The notes beneath the pieces are model-generated. The model saw only the letters and a program-made list of their open reading frames with translations. It searched no databases and had not been told where the DNA came from. The position numbers were made by a program, and so were the translations under genes. A DNA stretch of 64,000 nucleotides from Octopus sinensis (lineage: Eukaryota): NCBI RefSeq assembly GCF_006345805.1, contig NC_043000.1, positions 27,776,001-27,840,000 on the forward strand, in the 5' to 3' direction. Shown here in pieces: positions 39,994-55,068 of the stretch. Within the stretch, counting starts at the first letter, position 1, and each line of letters begins with the position of its first letter.

Positions 39994-41699
39994 TTATATA
40001 TATATATTTTTTGTAGTTTGCTCTTCTAAAACTTGTAGAAGTATCTGGCGCCATTTAGTATTCGTATCAGATCCAGAAAAACTTAGGGATTTGAAAAGCT
40101 AGTAAAAAAATAAACAAATGTTTCTAATTTCTTCATTGCATATCGTCGGAGAATATTATGGTTAATTCATAGATTCTGGTAAGGAAAAAAGGTAAAGCTA
40201 CCGGAAATTTCTATCCGCGAGTTCGTTAATGACCAAATCGTAATGGAGCCGATGAATCATTAAATCAATGCAGCCGAGATTAAAAGCTGCCAGAAGTATT
40301 AAAACTGTTGGTCAGCTCACCAAACACTTCATATATATTAATGTAATAAGGATATTTTATAGTATTTGTGTAGAAATTGTCAATTATCTTCAGTGTTTTT
40401 CAAAATATAGATGGATATAAAATTCAGATTTGACTTTTATATTATTAAATATGTACGTTACTGCGCGCGTGTGCGTATGCGTGTGTGTGCATGTATGTGT
40501 GTGTGTGCGTATGAGCGATTGTGTGAGACTAATATCCTCTCATTTGGTTTGCAACATTGACGCATGAATTTAGTTCTAATGAGTGACGAACCTTTATAAA
40601 CTCTTTATGATTGAATTATGTCTTTCCTGTAAAGAAGCAGGCATCGGTCCCTTGGTGCGAGGTTCAGAAGTTAACCAGGTCATTGTAGAGGAGAGTATGT
40701 CTAAGGTACGTTTTGGAGCTCCTTTTTCATGCCCATATGTACGAATTTTTATTCTAAAGAAGTTCAGCATCTGTGTGTGGCTGCATCTATGAAAACATGT
40801 AGATTCGTCGACTGCTTATCCCCAAAGGATTTTGCGGGAGGGGAAAGAGTGGGATGAAAGACGATTGACTTGTGCAATGTGTTTGATTAAAGCGAAAAAG
40901 ATCTACACATCAACCTCACGCTCTCATCCTGTTTTCTACCGTGGTCCACTGGGAGACTTTAAGAAGACAGGAAGGGATCCAAGGAAGAGTGGATGGCCAC
41001 AAATAATTCCGCGTCTTGCAATCCACTACGAACTCTACAATAATTGAAGGAACCTCCTTCTGGTATGTTTGGACCTCTTCAACTCAATCTTCTAAAGCGC
41101 AGTCTCACAAGCTGAGAATAAATTTAAGATCCTGAATTTAAGACCCATCGGTTATCTTCATCTTATTTATCCGACACGCCGAAGCGGCAAATAGGAGTAT
41201 AGCTGCTGTCAATTGATAAAATCTACGTGGAACCAGAGGTGTGTGGTGGATTGATGTAGGACCAATGATGAAAGAACTACCTTTGATACGGTACGAAAAT
41301 CACCCCTTACTCTATATACTACAACCTAAAATGAATAATAAGTGATGATTTACTGGCATTGTCATAGTTTTTCCCATAATGCAAGACCGAGCAGTATGAT
41401 CACCTTTTTAAAACTTCGTGATATTCCTGAGAGAAGGCAACGAAAATTTACTCTTATTGGTGTAGTTTTCCGTCTCTTCAGTATCCAAATAACTTTCTAA
41501 ATATGAAACTTTATATAGCAAAGTGTAGTCCTTAAAGACTAAATCAATAACTGTGTTATTGAACTGTATGTATTAAGTAAACTGATTTTCTTCGTGATAA
41601 CACCTACAAGTCGTGACGTATACATACGTACGTACATACATACATACATACATACATACATACATACATACATACATACATACATACATACATTCATAC

Positions 41700-42130
41700 A
41701 TGTTGCTGCTGGCATCCTTTTGTCTCGGGAGACAATAGAGCTGCACATAAACTAATCCAGACTGGTTTTCACATTTCATGCCCTTCCAGTTTCCTCTCCA
41801 GTTTTGCGCAGGCCTGGGCTAGATATGAGAAAATCCTGGGTAGCCCAATCGTCAAGATTCCTCTCTCGACCTTGCTGACGTAGTCCAAACGAATGCAGGC
41901 CATTACGCTTGGCACCAGCTTGGTTGCAGGAGCTACCGGAAGAGTGTCGAGTCGAACACTAAACTGCCTACGGAGCTCCACTCCAGATTTCTTTGACAGT
42001 TTGTCTCCTTTTCGTAACCCTGGATAGGGGCCGATACCGGGAACTGTCAGCCAGAGCCAGCTAAGCCCGGGACTCGTGTCAGGCAGGGTCGCACTCCCTG
42101 AAGTAGTGAAGAAAATCGCTACCCAGTACC
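41700..42130 (+). mobile_element. Possible RTE-clade LINE 5' UTR fragment between (CATA)n arrays
   Basis: GC-rich island with cgcttggcaccagc..gcaggagct..aactgcct..ctccactccagattt, resembling RTE leaders (from memory). Confidence 0.35.
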
Positions 42131-42869
42131 TAAATCGCTATCCACTACATACATACATATACACACATATATACATACTTACATCCATGCATAAATACGT
42201 GTTCAAAATTGTAGTTCTAGATTGACGAAAGCATTAGCTTGTGCGCTCGCTGCAGCGTTTATTGCAGCGGTTATTGCATTCGTGGTTACTTCCCTCTTTA
42301 TATTGATAAATTCCTTGGAGCCAGATAATTCACGATTTGTTTCTTTTATCACACGCATAAATATTTTAGAATCAGATATAAAAATAATTGCATGTAAAAC
42401 AACATGGTATGTCTGGTGAGAAACTAACAGCGTTAAGATTAAAAACTGGAAAACAAAGGACAGGAATAGCGTTACAGAATACGTAGACCATCAACGAGTT
42501 AATCATAATTATAATAATATTGTGATGTTGATACATTGATAAAAATAAGAATATGAATAATATAATTATGAAACTGATCGAGTCCCTGTGTAGAACCTGA
42601 TAACGTTAGCGCTCGTATATGTGTGACATTAGTATAACTGATTAGGTTCATTTCGCTGATGGTAATAACTCGAAGGCAGGTAACAAACAGGTAATATATC
42701 GCTGCGTTTGCAAAAACAGTGTGGTTATGCAAAACTAGATATCAATTATAGGCTGGTCTCTTGCTGAAAGTATTGTGCAAACAATTTGGTTTATCCCTCT
42801 ATATATACGCGTGTGTGGTGTGTGTCTGTACGTATGTGTGTGTGGGCGTGTGTGTATGTTAATGGACAG

Positions 42870-43038
42870 GTAGATAAATAAAAAGATAGATAGTCAGATA
42901 GGTAGATAGATAGACAGATATGTATATATATATATATATATATAGCCAGATAGATAGATAGATAGATAGATAGATAGGTAGATAGATAGATAGATACCTA
43001 GATTAATAGATTGATAGATAGATAGAGGGAGAGGTAGG

Positions 43039-43126
<88 letters not shown>

Positions 43127-43143
43127 AAAATAGATAGATAGAT
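42870..43143. repeat. (GATA)n microsatellite; others at 58020-58100, 58470-58530, 59300-59330
   Basis: Directly visible. Confidence 0.97.
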
Positions 43144-44684
43144 ATTCGTGTGAATTCAGCTATAGAGGAAATTATGCATGAGTGTATTTAGCCATATATA
43201 ATATAAATATTTGTTGTATATTTATGTATATACGTACATTCATAGTCTCTCTCTCTCTCTCACACGCACACACACACATATGCATATATTGATATACGTC
43301 TATCAATAACATAAATAGGTACATACATATATATGCAATACAAATATAGCGTTGATTTTGCGATTTGGCATAATATTTATGCTTCCTCACTCATTGTATT
43401 TCCGTTCATTGCAATACTCCCAGGTTATATTTCATTAATGGATGCAATGTATTGCGCAAGGCACAGTTAGTCAGTGGTTGGCTAGAAATGTCACACCTAA
43501 TCTCCCTCATGTGTCACATAAATACACTAATACTACATACGGTAACTACAGTACAATGATGTCTTTCATGTTTCTGACAATTTTACTTTATGGCGCTCTT
43601 CCTCCTCCTTACCTTTTTCTCATTTCCCTCTCCTCCTCTCGTTCTCCTCCCATCGCTCTTCTCTCTCACTTTCTCGCTCGTTGACTATCCATTCTTCCTT
43701 TCTCTCTTTATCTTAACCTCTTGTTCATCTAATTTACTTTCACTTCACATTTTGTCTTTCTCATCTATTCATTTCCCTCCACATCGCGTTTTCCAATCTC
43801 TCTTACACTCATTTCTCTTTCCCCATGTCTGTCTCTTTGCCTCTATCTCGTTTTCAACGCATTTAAGAAACTAATCTTCATTATGTCTCATAGTGAAAAA
43901 GCTTGTCCAATATAACACGATACAAATATACTCGACACTTCAGGTTACGAAGCAAATGCCACCTTACGTTATCTCCTTAAAGAAAATCACATCATTTAAA
44001 GAAAACACAAATACATACATAAAAACACGGCTATATACAGTTTTATTTCCAATTTAATGCAACATATTGTGCATAGAATGATCAGCTGAGACGATAACGG
44101 AGTATCTACACGGTCTCTCGATCTACAGGAAATAGCAGATAGTTTTCTCTCAAATCTCGCTCTAAAATCATATACAAGAGAAAAATAGTATATGATTAGC
44201 ATTGCCCTAGATGCTTGCGACACGGCTGAATGGCGACTTCCGAGGCACCTTTCATCGCAGACGCAATAATAACGACATCAAAAACAACTAATGCGATATA
44301 TGTTTTTAAGGGTAAATTTTACAATTAAATTGTGAAATATCTTTTCCACCTCAAAAGTATGTGTATGTGTGCATATGTGTGTGTAGAGTTGTGTCGAATA
44401 CACATACATACAGGTACATTATATATATATATACATATAAATACAGTGTACATTTAAGCATGTAAAATGTATACTGTATTTATATATGAATAATATATAG
44501 TCTATTGATTAGATTTTTTTCTTCTCGCTAGACTACTGGTAGCAAAGACATTTTCTTAATTTTTTTGTTACTCTGGAATTTGTTAATATATATATATAAA
44601 CACATATTTATACATATATGTATATATATACACATACACATACATATATATGTGTGTATATGTATCATGTACACGTGTCTATAT

Positions 44685-45302
44685 ATAATAAAATAGGGTA
44701 ATAATAAATTATTATTACCAGTGGTCTAGCACAAAAAACGAATTAGTTATTAGACTATATATTATTCATATATAAGAGGCTTCCAAATAGGAAAGCGTTG
44801 TGCTAGAACACAAAAAAGGGATAAATTCACGAAAGGATTGAAACTTAAAAACATTTACCATCTCAACTATATCCCAGACCGACGGTTTCTTACTATTTTC
44901 AGCAAAAAAATATTTGCCGAAGGCAAGTTTCTTAAGTGGGACAGCCTTAATAATCCTGACGTACAGACTGCTAGATCCACATGTAGATCTAACGGTTTGT
45001 AAATCCTAACTTTTCAAACCTCTGCGCAGACGCAAACTATACCCGGTGACAGAGAGGATGCCGGTAAAAATTTTCGAACAAATTTATCAAACAATATTTA
45101 AACATAATAAAATAGGGTAATAATAAATTATTATTACCAGTGGCCTAGCACAAAAACCGAATTAGTCATTAGCCTAATATTATTCATATAGAAATACAAT
45201 AAGGGGATTCCAAATAGGAAAGCGTTGTGCTAGAACACAAAAAAGGGATAAATTCACGAAAGGATTGAAAATTAAAAACATTTACCATCTCAACTATATC
45301 CC
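44685..45302. repeat. About 195-bp direct repeat (44685-44875 and 45104-45302) around a 228-bp spacer
   Basis: Near-identical copies; each starts with the palindrome ggtaataataaattattattacc. Confidence 0.85.
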
Positions 45303-45329
45303 TATTATGTTTAAAGCGTTACAAAGTAG

Positions 45330-45905
45330 GACCGCTACTAGACGAAAACGGCTCACCAACTGCAGACCCCCAGAGGATCCAAAGAAATGTAAAAGAGCTC
45401 TAGCTAGACCAGCTTGCAAATCCTTTTCCACCAGGAGACCCTCATGGATGGTGAACTCCCCAAAAACTAAATGAGGAATAAATGTCCTATCCATAAGGGA
45501 GGAAGCAGGGCAGAGACTAGGAATTATAGACCTGTCTCCCTGACCTCCCACGTCAGTAAAGTCATTGAGCGCATTCTCCTGAAATGACTTATTGAGTTCC
45601 TTGAGGACAATCACCTGCTCTCTAACACCCAAAATGGCTTTCGCCCGGGAAGGAGCTGTCATACATGGCTTCTGCGACACTATGACTGGGTACTGAAGCA
45701 ATTAACGAACTGCTCAAAGGTCGATATGGTATACCTCGACTTTCTGAAGGTATTTGACAATGTCGACCATGGAATGATATGCCACAAAATACGGAAACTC
45801 GGCATCAACAGTAAAGTCGGAGAGTGGCTACATTATTTCCTAAATGTCAGGAGCCAAACTGTAACAGCCAACGGAGCTCACTCCACAGAGTCACCAAGTG
45901 TTAGG
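45330..45905 (+). pseudogene. CR1-clade LINE RT fragment
   Basis: PIHKGGSR..NYRPVSLTSHVSKVIER; QNGFRPGRSC; VYLDFLKVFDNVDH. Confidence 0.9.
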
Positions 45906-46451
45906 TACGCGCTCTGAGTACTTAAATAGGTATGCCAGTTGTGATTTTGTGACTGCCTTATTCAAAGCGGCTAGAAGTGGTTTCCCTTTGAATCGGTAGG
46001 TATGTATGGGTTAAAGCTGAAATGAAAGGAAAACAGTTTTACAAGTCTTGACGAGGTCACTTAATTTAATTTAGCTATATAATCAGAGATTTTTTAAATA
46101 AATTCATGATCAGAGAGAATGATTAGAGAGTAATACGATCAGGTATTTACCTAAGGAATACCCGATCTAACTGGACTTAATTGGATTTCTCCTCCGTTTC
46201 TAGACATAATGAACCACAACAACTGTCATAGATGAGGAAGTTTCTTTTACTGTTACATATGATAGAACACTCAACAAACGGAATCTTCGCTCGACACGAT
46301 GTTCCAATAGATCGGATACCGAGCTGGGATACACAGCTGTCAGAGACTACCCCTATTATATTATGTTGGCAAAATTAAATTTTTTATTTATTTATTTTTT
46401 TTTTTTTTACTCAAGTCTGGCCAAATTGTTCGCCATTCTTTTCTACTTCAA

Positions 46452-46500
<49 letters not shown>

Positions 46501-46564
46501 TATATATATTTATACATTATATATAATATATATACATATATAATATTATATATATATATAATGC

Positions 46565-46610
<46 letters not shown>

Positions 46611-46756
46611 CATCATATATACACACATATATATATAACCCTATATGTATATTACATATAATAAATATCCTATGTACACACACATACATACATAATATAT
46701 ATATACCATATATATATATAAACCATATATGTATATATACATATATATAAATATAT

Positions 46757-47085
46757 GTGAGGGCGCGTGGCTTAGTGGTTAGGGCATTCGGCTCATGATC
46801 GTAAGGTTGTGAGTTCGATTCCCGGCGACGCGTTGTGTCTTGAGCAAGACACTTTATTTCACGTTGCTCCAGTCCACTCAGCTGGCAAAAATGAGTTGTA
46901 CTTGTATTTCAAGGGTCAGCCTTGTCACTCTCTGTGTCACGCTGATTATGATTATCCCGAGAACTACGTTAAGGGTACACGTGTCTGTGGAATGCTCAGC
47001 CATTTGCCGTTAATTTCACGAGGAAGCTGTTTCCGTTGATCGTATCAGCTGGGACCCTCGTCGTCGTAACCGGCGGAGTCTTTTT
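46757..47085 (+). mobile_element. tRNA SINE: CORE-like head plus tail Y
   Basis: Head as at 123 and 51964; tail ..ggaccctcgtcgtcgtaacc as at 26083. Confidence 0.88.
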
Positions 47086-47124
47086 AAATATATATGTCAC
47101 ACACACTACATAATACACACATAC

Positions 47125-47197
<73 letters not shown>

Positions 47198-50191
47198 TTA
47201 CTGGGGATAAAACATATTTGTATAATATCTTAAATACTTGCTAACGGATCTATTACAAAATAAACCTAATCTTCATAATTATGACCAAATCTCAACAAAC
47301 AATTCAGTCAGCTACTAAATATGGACATACAACATTCCTAAACGTATTCGCCACTGACATGATTATTCTCCGTTTACAGCAGACCTTTATGCCTCCTTCT
47401 CTATCGCAATATATTGTTCCCTCTATATTCAGTTATCAATCATTCTGAATTTGTCCCACATTTTTCAATGGTTAAATGTCCGCATTTCAATCCTTGTATC
47501 ATTGAAAAGTAATTCTGATATACACGAAAGATATGCCAAACATACAATTGAATGTACATAACAGCATTTTATACAGGACTAAGTTGTCAAATGGCAGTTC
47601 CTACAAGGAAATTTTACAAGAGTAAGAGCCAGACGCTTGCTCCAGATTGCAGGCTATTGATGGAGGCGTCAGCTTTACAGTTTTCATTGCGACAAACATT
47701 TATTCCAGCGCATTCGATTAGACGGACTGCGGCGTTGAAATCTGGAAGTTTCGGTTATATGAATAAGTCAATGATGATGAGGGAATAACCACAGCTGACT
47801 CCAAGGTTTAATGTCCAATATATTATTGATGCCGCCATTCAATGCTTTATCGGTCCTGATATATGATACTCTATTTTTCAGGATTTGTGTTCAAATTTAC
47901 TGCTAGTATTTCGCTCGTCCGTGGGTAGGACACATAAATCTACAATCCAATGATAGTTATACTTCTAGCCATGTTGTTTATTTTTGCTATTGATGTAGTT
48001 AATGTTTCCCATTTGTTTTTGTTTTTGTCTGAAACAGAACACTGACGCTTGCTATTGTATCATGAACACTACGCATACCACCGCAGGTGTTGTATGACAT
48101 TGTGTCTCTCGGCAAGACACTTAACACTACCTGCCTAAGACTTCATATCTAATTGAGGAATCAATATTTCATGACTGCATTTTCTCGACACATCTATGCC
48201 AAACAGAGCTTTGTTGAACATGAAAACCCAATTTAAAAGCCGATAACAGCATCCCCGTAGGAAGCGATAAGTAAATGAATAAAAGACAGATAAAGAAGAA
48301 AGAAAGAACCATAGGAAAGAGAGACAGTTGAAAAGGATAGAATGGGGTCTATAAAGGATGCGGGAATGAGATATGTAAGGGAAAAGTGCAGTCTTTTGAA
48401 ATGAATGAAAAATTAATTTATGAAAGAATATATTGATTATTTGTAAACTAAATGAAGAAATGTAACCATAAAGAGGGATATAATATTAATGAAAAACATG
48501 ATAGCGAGAGGAATAAAAGATTGTGGAAACAAAGAACGAAACAAAACAATGAAGTAATATGGTAAAAGAAACGATAGGCTAAAGTGTTCTGGAATGAGAA
48601 AGAGAAAGAAGTAAACAGGGGGTATTGAATGAAAACTAAATGAATAAAAAATAACAGTAAACTGAAAGAAAAGAATATTAGAGGAAAATACTAAGAATAA
48701 AATCATGAATAAACAGAAGTTTGAGGAAAGATGGAAGGAAATAAGAACGAAATAACATCATACATCGAGTTAGAATGGAAAATGGTATTCTCAATGAAAG
48801 GCAGATAGACAAGCAGACATACTGCTAGACTAAGAGAGAATATGAAGGGAAAAAACGGAAGAGATATAAAAGAATTATATGGGATTGGGGAAAAAAAGCT
48901 AAAAACTAGACAGAGCGAAAAATAAAGGAAACATAAAATGGAGGGAAAAAATTAGAAAGAAAAAAGGGGAGAGGGGAGAAAAGAAAGGATGAGAGAGAGA
49001 GGGAGAAAGGGAGATTTACAGAAAGAGAGCTAAGAGCGGTTTAGACAAACAACCAGGAGAGTCGACAAATAAACAGGGTCACAAAAGTAGAGAAAAAAAA
49101 AAGGTGCGATGAAAGTTTAAAAGAAAAAAGGAAAATGAATATCGGAAAGAAAAGATGAAAAAGAAAGAAAACGAGATGTTTGTTTTCTAAGTTGTTTTTC
49201 TGTTTCGCAATCACATTTAAATTATATTCGATCTTGGAGCCAATTGTTTTCCGGTGTTAAATGCGAGAAGAGAGAAATTAAAAATCAGAAAGAGTGAGGC
49301 TAAAAGCATGAATATATTATTTACGCCAATCACAAAAGAAAAGAAAAATGTTTCTTTTTTGTGTGCGTGAGTGTTTATAGAACGTGTCGACAAATAGTAA
49401 CATTTGTTTTTGCAGTACATTCTATACACCTTCGTATTTGCACTCTGGAACACAAACATGCATTAGCATGCACAGTTACAAAAATTGTAAAGAATTCCAT
49501 ACCCGCTGATATAACGGATACCCATATATGCACACGTGCATAAACACATATGAATGTACTCGACAAAATAACTCCTTCCTTATACATACTTATCAGGAGG
49601 TGCCCTAATATTGCCAGGGCCCCGGGTTAGTTAAATATCGACACTTGATTTTTTTTCTTTTCATTAGTTCGTATATATAGGATGTAAATCCTGCAAATAC
49701 CGAAGAAAATGGTTATTGAAGTTTGTTACGTATAAGAATATAGTGTTCATTTTATTTATCATTTACATTCCCAAAACGCATATTATTCAAAAAATTCCAA
49801 ATGTTTGACGTGTCATCTCAATCATGTGATAAACAGGTCTACTGTCCGAGCTGAGAGAAACTAGAGCCGAAGTTTTTTAGCCTGCCTCTCAATGAACCAA
49901 CCGCAAACACAGACAAAAGCAAAGCTATATATATGTGGTAGAGAGGTATAGTGAAATGTACGTAACATACACGGTGATCTCCTCATACACCAATGACATT
50001 AATATCAAGAACAGACGACCGCCGATCACCACGATCATTCACGCAAAAGTGAAACCTGCACATATAAAGCGTTTAGGGTGCATCTTAGTTACAAATGTAT
50101 ACATATTAACATTTTAGATAAAGCTTGCATAATCGCTCAAATGAAATTTTAAACAGAAACATCAATAACGAAATATTCATCACATTTCAAG

Positions 50192-50260
<69 letters not shown>

Positions 50261-50710
50261 CATGTTCAGTATATGTGGATACGTTTTTGTATGTATATTT
50301 GAATCAATACACACACACTGATATATATATATATATATATATAATATATATATATATATATTATATATATATATATATAATATATATATTTATATATTAT
50401 AAATTATATTATGTATGATATGTAATATGTGTATATGTTTTTGTAGGTATGTATATATGTTGTGTGAATTCGAGATTAGCTGTTTACAAATGAACATATT
50501 TAATAGCATTTATATAGATTTTTAATCTTCAAATATTAAATATATGTCTGTATTTTACAGTCGTAAAGGCTTACAAGCTAAGGAATCATTCGGAAGAGAC
50601 TGAGGTATCCTAGGAAGTGCCATTTTAAAGATATTAAGTTAAAAGAATTCAATATTTATTTTCATTTTAATGATTCAATCGTACTATATATATATAATTA
50701 TATATATATA

Positions 50711-50752
<42 letters not shown>

Positions 50753-51526
50753 TATACTATATATATACATACATATATATATATACATACATATATATAT
50801 ACATATATATATACATACATACATACTATATGCATACATACGTGTGTGTGCATATACGTATGACTGTTTGTATACATGTACGTATGTATGTATATTTGTT
50901 TCTTATCTATGTATTGTAGTGGATTTTTTAAAAATAAAATACGAATGAGTGGAAAATAGAAACGTTAAGCCATTAACGTTTACGATAAAATATAATAAAG
51001 TAGAAAATATTAAAATTCGTTTGCATAAATTTCCAAACTGTACAAACTCCGATCGTTCCCATGCGCCAGATGACGTGCGAGTGTCATTGAATATCATAAA
51101 GTATGACAGAAACTGAAGTTTTCAAGTTGAAAATTAATCTTAATAGTGTAATATTTCTTTAGTATCGTTTTTCTCCATCATGAAATTAACTGTAATTTCT
51201 AAAGAAAATCCATTTATCCGTTATCCAATAAAGAATGAAAATGCTTTAATTATTCAATAAAGGTAGCTTTCGTTTTACACATCAACGTTTGTATTTATCT
51301 TTATTCAATTAACCTTTAACAGATATTGTATCTCGTTAAATATATAAAGGCGTCAGCATTTATGGTAAAATTTCAGGAATATCGCATTTAGACAAAAAGT
51401 TTCGTATAACTTCATATCTTAAGCATTAAGACTGTAGGTTCACGTTTATGATAATATTAGAGGTACATATGCATGTATATGATTATATATATATATATAT
51501 ATGTAGACATGTATGCATCTATATAC

Positions 51527-51960
51527 AGGAGTTGGACAAAATAATGGAAATACACTGATAAATATAGGTTTTATTACGTAATACAATGTCGGTTTACATT
51601 TGTCATGAAAAATGTCGAGGAATTACGTCATACAGGTTCCGAAAGATTATGAGAAGAATTTTAAGCAATTCTTCAAATAAAATATGTTTTAGGCTTTTCA
51701 GCAATGATGGCTAGGTTGAAGCTGTTCCTGATGCTCCGCAAAACACCATAAATATTCAGTTATATCGAGATTCAATGAACGTGTGAAGCCTTTCAAAATG
51801 GCCCACATCACTTTTATGCTGTTACTACCAATTTTGAATATAATTGGCTATGTGAATCGTTGCACTTTCATCTGGAAGAGTGCCAGCGCCTTATCCGCTT
51901 TGTCGTATGGTATTTTCCTTGTTTGCCTCAAAATGATTTTTTTGTCAGGAAGTAATTAAC
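51527..51960 (-). mobile_element. Tc1-type transposon 3' remnant
   Basis: TA|CAGGAGTTGGACAAAATAATGGAAA terminus; a degenerate DLNIIEHLW-like region on the minus strand. Confidence 0.6.
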
Positions 51961-51963
51961 TGA

Positions 51964-52214
51964 AGCGGAGGAGCGTGGCTTAGTTGTTAGGGTGTTAAAC
52001 TCATGCTCGTAAGGTTGTGGTTTCGATACTTGGACCGGGCGATGCGTTGTGTTCTTGAGCAAAACACTTCATTTCACATTACTCCAGTCCACTCAGCTGG
52101 CAAAAACGAGTAATGCTGCGACGGACCGGCGTCCCGTCAGGTGGGGAATTTCTACGCCACTGTAACCGGGAAACCGGCCCTTATGAGCCTGGCATGGCTC
52201 GAGAAGGAACATTT
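51964..52214 (+). mobile_element. tRNA SINE: CORE-like head plus tail X
   Basis: Matches 123-368. Confidence 0.88.
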
Positions 52215-53524
52215 ATTTTTTTAATTAACTGGACGAAGGTTTGGCTGTCTTTAGTTTCGAAATATATTCCCTTATTTCGAAATGTTTCTAATATTATTTC
52301 ATATTCCGAAATATCGATCTTAGTGGCAATCGGAAGCCAAATTGACCAAAAGGTTGTGTAGATATAAATGTCTTTATAAAAGGCTTTCTCACTTAAGATG
52401 TAGTGAATAATCTGCAAAATTATGATCGCATCAACAAAAACTCTCCGCTTATATTTACACAAAGATATATACATACATATTCAAAAACATACATATATAC
52501 ACAAATATATGCATGGATGCATATGTAAAGAAATATATGTGTACGTGTATATATATATATATATGTGTGTGTGTGTATGCATGTATGTATGTATGTATGC
52601 ATATATGTAGGCATGTGTGTAGGTAGACAGATATGTGCGTCAGTGCTCGTATGAATATATTTAGTCGAATAACTTTTTAAAGTGCAACTCTATAAAACCT
52701 TATCACCTGAATGAAATGTTTTTCATGGAATTTATTATTACTGCAAGCCTCTTATATGCTTCTTGCTTTTTTAATCTATAGGTGACGAATGACGTTCGAT
52801 ATATTTTTATTCTTTTTTATGGGGTTAAAATGATCTTATTCACAACGCCAGGCTTATTTTAGAAACATAGAAGTACCTCACCCGTAGAATATGTTAGTTT
52901 TTCGCTTAGACATGTTATCTGCTTATATGACCTTGTTTAAACGTTGCCATTAACATATCGTCCATTACCAATTTTCTAGTTCTTTGGGGAACACTACATA
53001 CGATGTTTGTAGAAGCAGCTAATATTTTTCTATCGAGTTTTGTTTTCTACTGTAAGATATAACGTGTAGCTGCATTCATTTTATTTATATTGTGTAACAT
53101 AATTGCTATAAATGCAAGATAAGCTACCAACGTGGGTGGTACTCCTATGGCAATTGTAAAATCCAGGAGTTTACAACGTTTATTATCTAAAATCTATTCA
53201 CTGGCTTATGAGTTTGTTTATTTTTCATGTGGGTAATAGAGCGTTATATCTTACAGTAAAAAACAAAATATGTTATTAGTGCTAATTTATGCCTGAGCGT
53301 AGTCGTAAATGTCATGTTACCAAATAAACGCATGCATAACTGTGTGATTAAAAAGCTCGCTTTGCAACACATTTCCGTTTCCGGTTCAGTGCCATGGCTG
53401 TGTACATTGGGCAAATGTCTTGCTGAGCTGTGTAGACCGATGCCTTGTGAGGTAATATAGCAGATAGAAAAACTGTATAAATTCCCTTCGTGTGTGTGTA
53501 TATATATATATACATATATATACA

Positions 53525-53657
53525 TACAAAATTTAGAGGACTGACCACTAAAAAAATGGACGAAGAACACATTCTTCGTGGAAAATGGCGATTTTGACGT
53601 CTATATCTAGCATATATGCTGTCCATTTTTTTAGTGGTCAGTCCTCTAAATTTTGTA
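53525..53657. mobile_element. MITE with perfect 37-bp TIRs
   Basis: 53525-53561 is the exact reverse complement of 53621-53657; TA at both ends. Confidence 0.85.
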
Positions 53658-54448
53658 CGTAAAAAAAAATTTTAATCTTCGGATTTTTTAAAAATATGCT
53701 AGGCCACTGGTTTTAATTGATTAATATCAATTTCTACCCTTATTTAATTTCATATATATATATATATATTATATATATATACGATTCTGTGAGCATATCC
53801 CTGTGTTTAGATTTGACCACAATCGCGTGACAACCGGTCTTGGATTGGGATTGTTATTTCTCCGTAACAAACGTTTTATCGAAAGAGGACGAAAAAGTAA
53901 GTAACAGACATAAAAACTAAGTAACTGTGATGCACTTGTTCGACTAAAGATATAAATGCGGTGCCCCTGTATAATCACAAACCAATGTTTGAAACAATAA
54001 GATGTAAATGTAATTATATATTTATTTACATTATATCCAGCACACATATCGCCATTTGAATTAAACATTTTATCTAGTCTATTCTTCGCCATGCGTTCGG
54101 TTGATCCCTCTGCGTTTGTTGAGCCTATATTTCTGTAGTTTTGTAGTATAGTAAATATTAGTTTCTTAAATAATTTTTGTGCCTATTAACCTACTAAAAA
54201 CAAACGCTTCACTTACTGTATTAGCATATTCTGTTATAATGTTTGTAGAGATAAAATCTAATGTTTTCTTTTCTCTGATTAGGAGATTTTACACCTAGCA
54301 TGTTATGTCAATGGATATTGATATTCCCGTGAACTTATAAGAGCTTACCGATTTAATACACACAGACAAAGGCAATGCAAGCACACGGGCACACATACGC
54401 ACGCATACATACACACGCACAAACACACATTATATATATAAAATTATA

Positions 54449-54753
54449 TAATGGACAGTCCTGTCGAAGACGATGTATGAACGTTTAGCTTTGCCGAACG
54501 ACCTGCACACATGACTTGTTTAGGGTGATCAAATCTTCATGCCGCACATTTCGCACATTTGCTCATTCTCTCTATCAAATCGACGTTGCCTGAACGTGCA
54601 TGGTGTATCTCGCGGCAGGTGTCTCGAAGTGATCGAAGGGCAACGTGAGATGGAGTGTTTTGCTCAAGAACATAACGCACTACCCGGTAAAATAATTGAA
54701 ATTACTATCGCCAGATCGTGCGTACAACACCCTAATCACATAACCATGCGCCC
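54449..54753 (-). mobile_element. tRNA SINE: CORE-like head plus a third tail type (W)
   Basis: Head with gttcttgagcaaaacact..tcacgttgc; tail unlike X or Y. Confidence 0.7.
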
Positions 54754-54765
54754 TTTTATATATAT

Positions 54766-54796
<31 letters not shown>

Positions 54797-55002
54797 ATGT
54801 GTGTGAGTGGTAAAAAATGCTAAAATAATTCTGTCATGAAGAACATTTTAGTAGCGGTTTCAGTCTTTGCTACTTTCTCAACTTAAGCATGAAAAACAAA
54901 TATTTTCATAGTTTTCAAATAAGTGGTACATTTTCATTTTTTCTGTCTCTGTCTTTTACTTTTGTGAAGGCTCGGTAGTTAGAGAGTAATATGTCTGAAG
55001 AA

Positions 55003-55068
<66 letters not shown>

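Noticed and set aside
40580-41300. GC-richer island with several 65-71-codon ORFs
   Set aside because: No motif recognised in any frame; cannot be assigned.
44875-44905. CUGAAAA..GAAACCGUC on the minus strand
   Set aside because: G8 is missing, helix II is absent and helix I does not pair.
48280-49200. Long purine-rich tract (and pyrimidine-rich tract at 43590-43870)
   Set aside because: Low-complexity sequence with no unit structure or coding signal.
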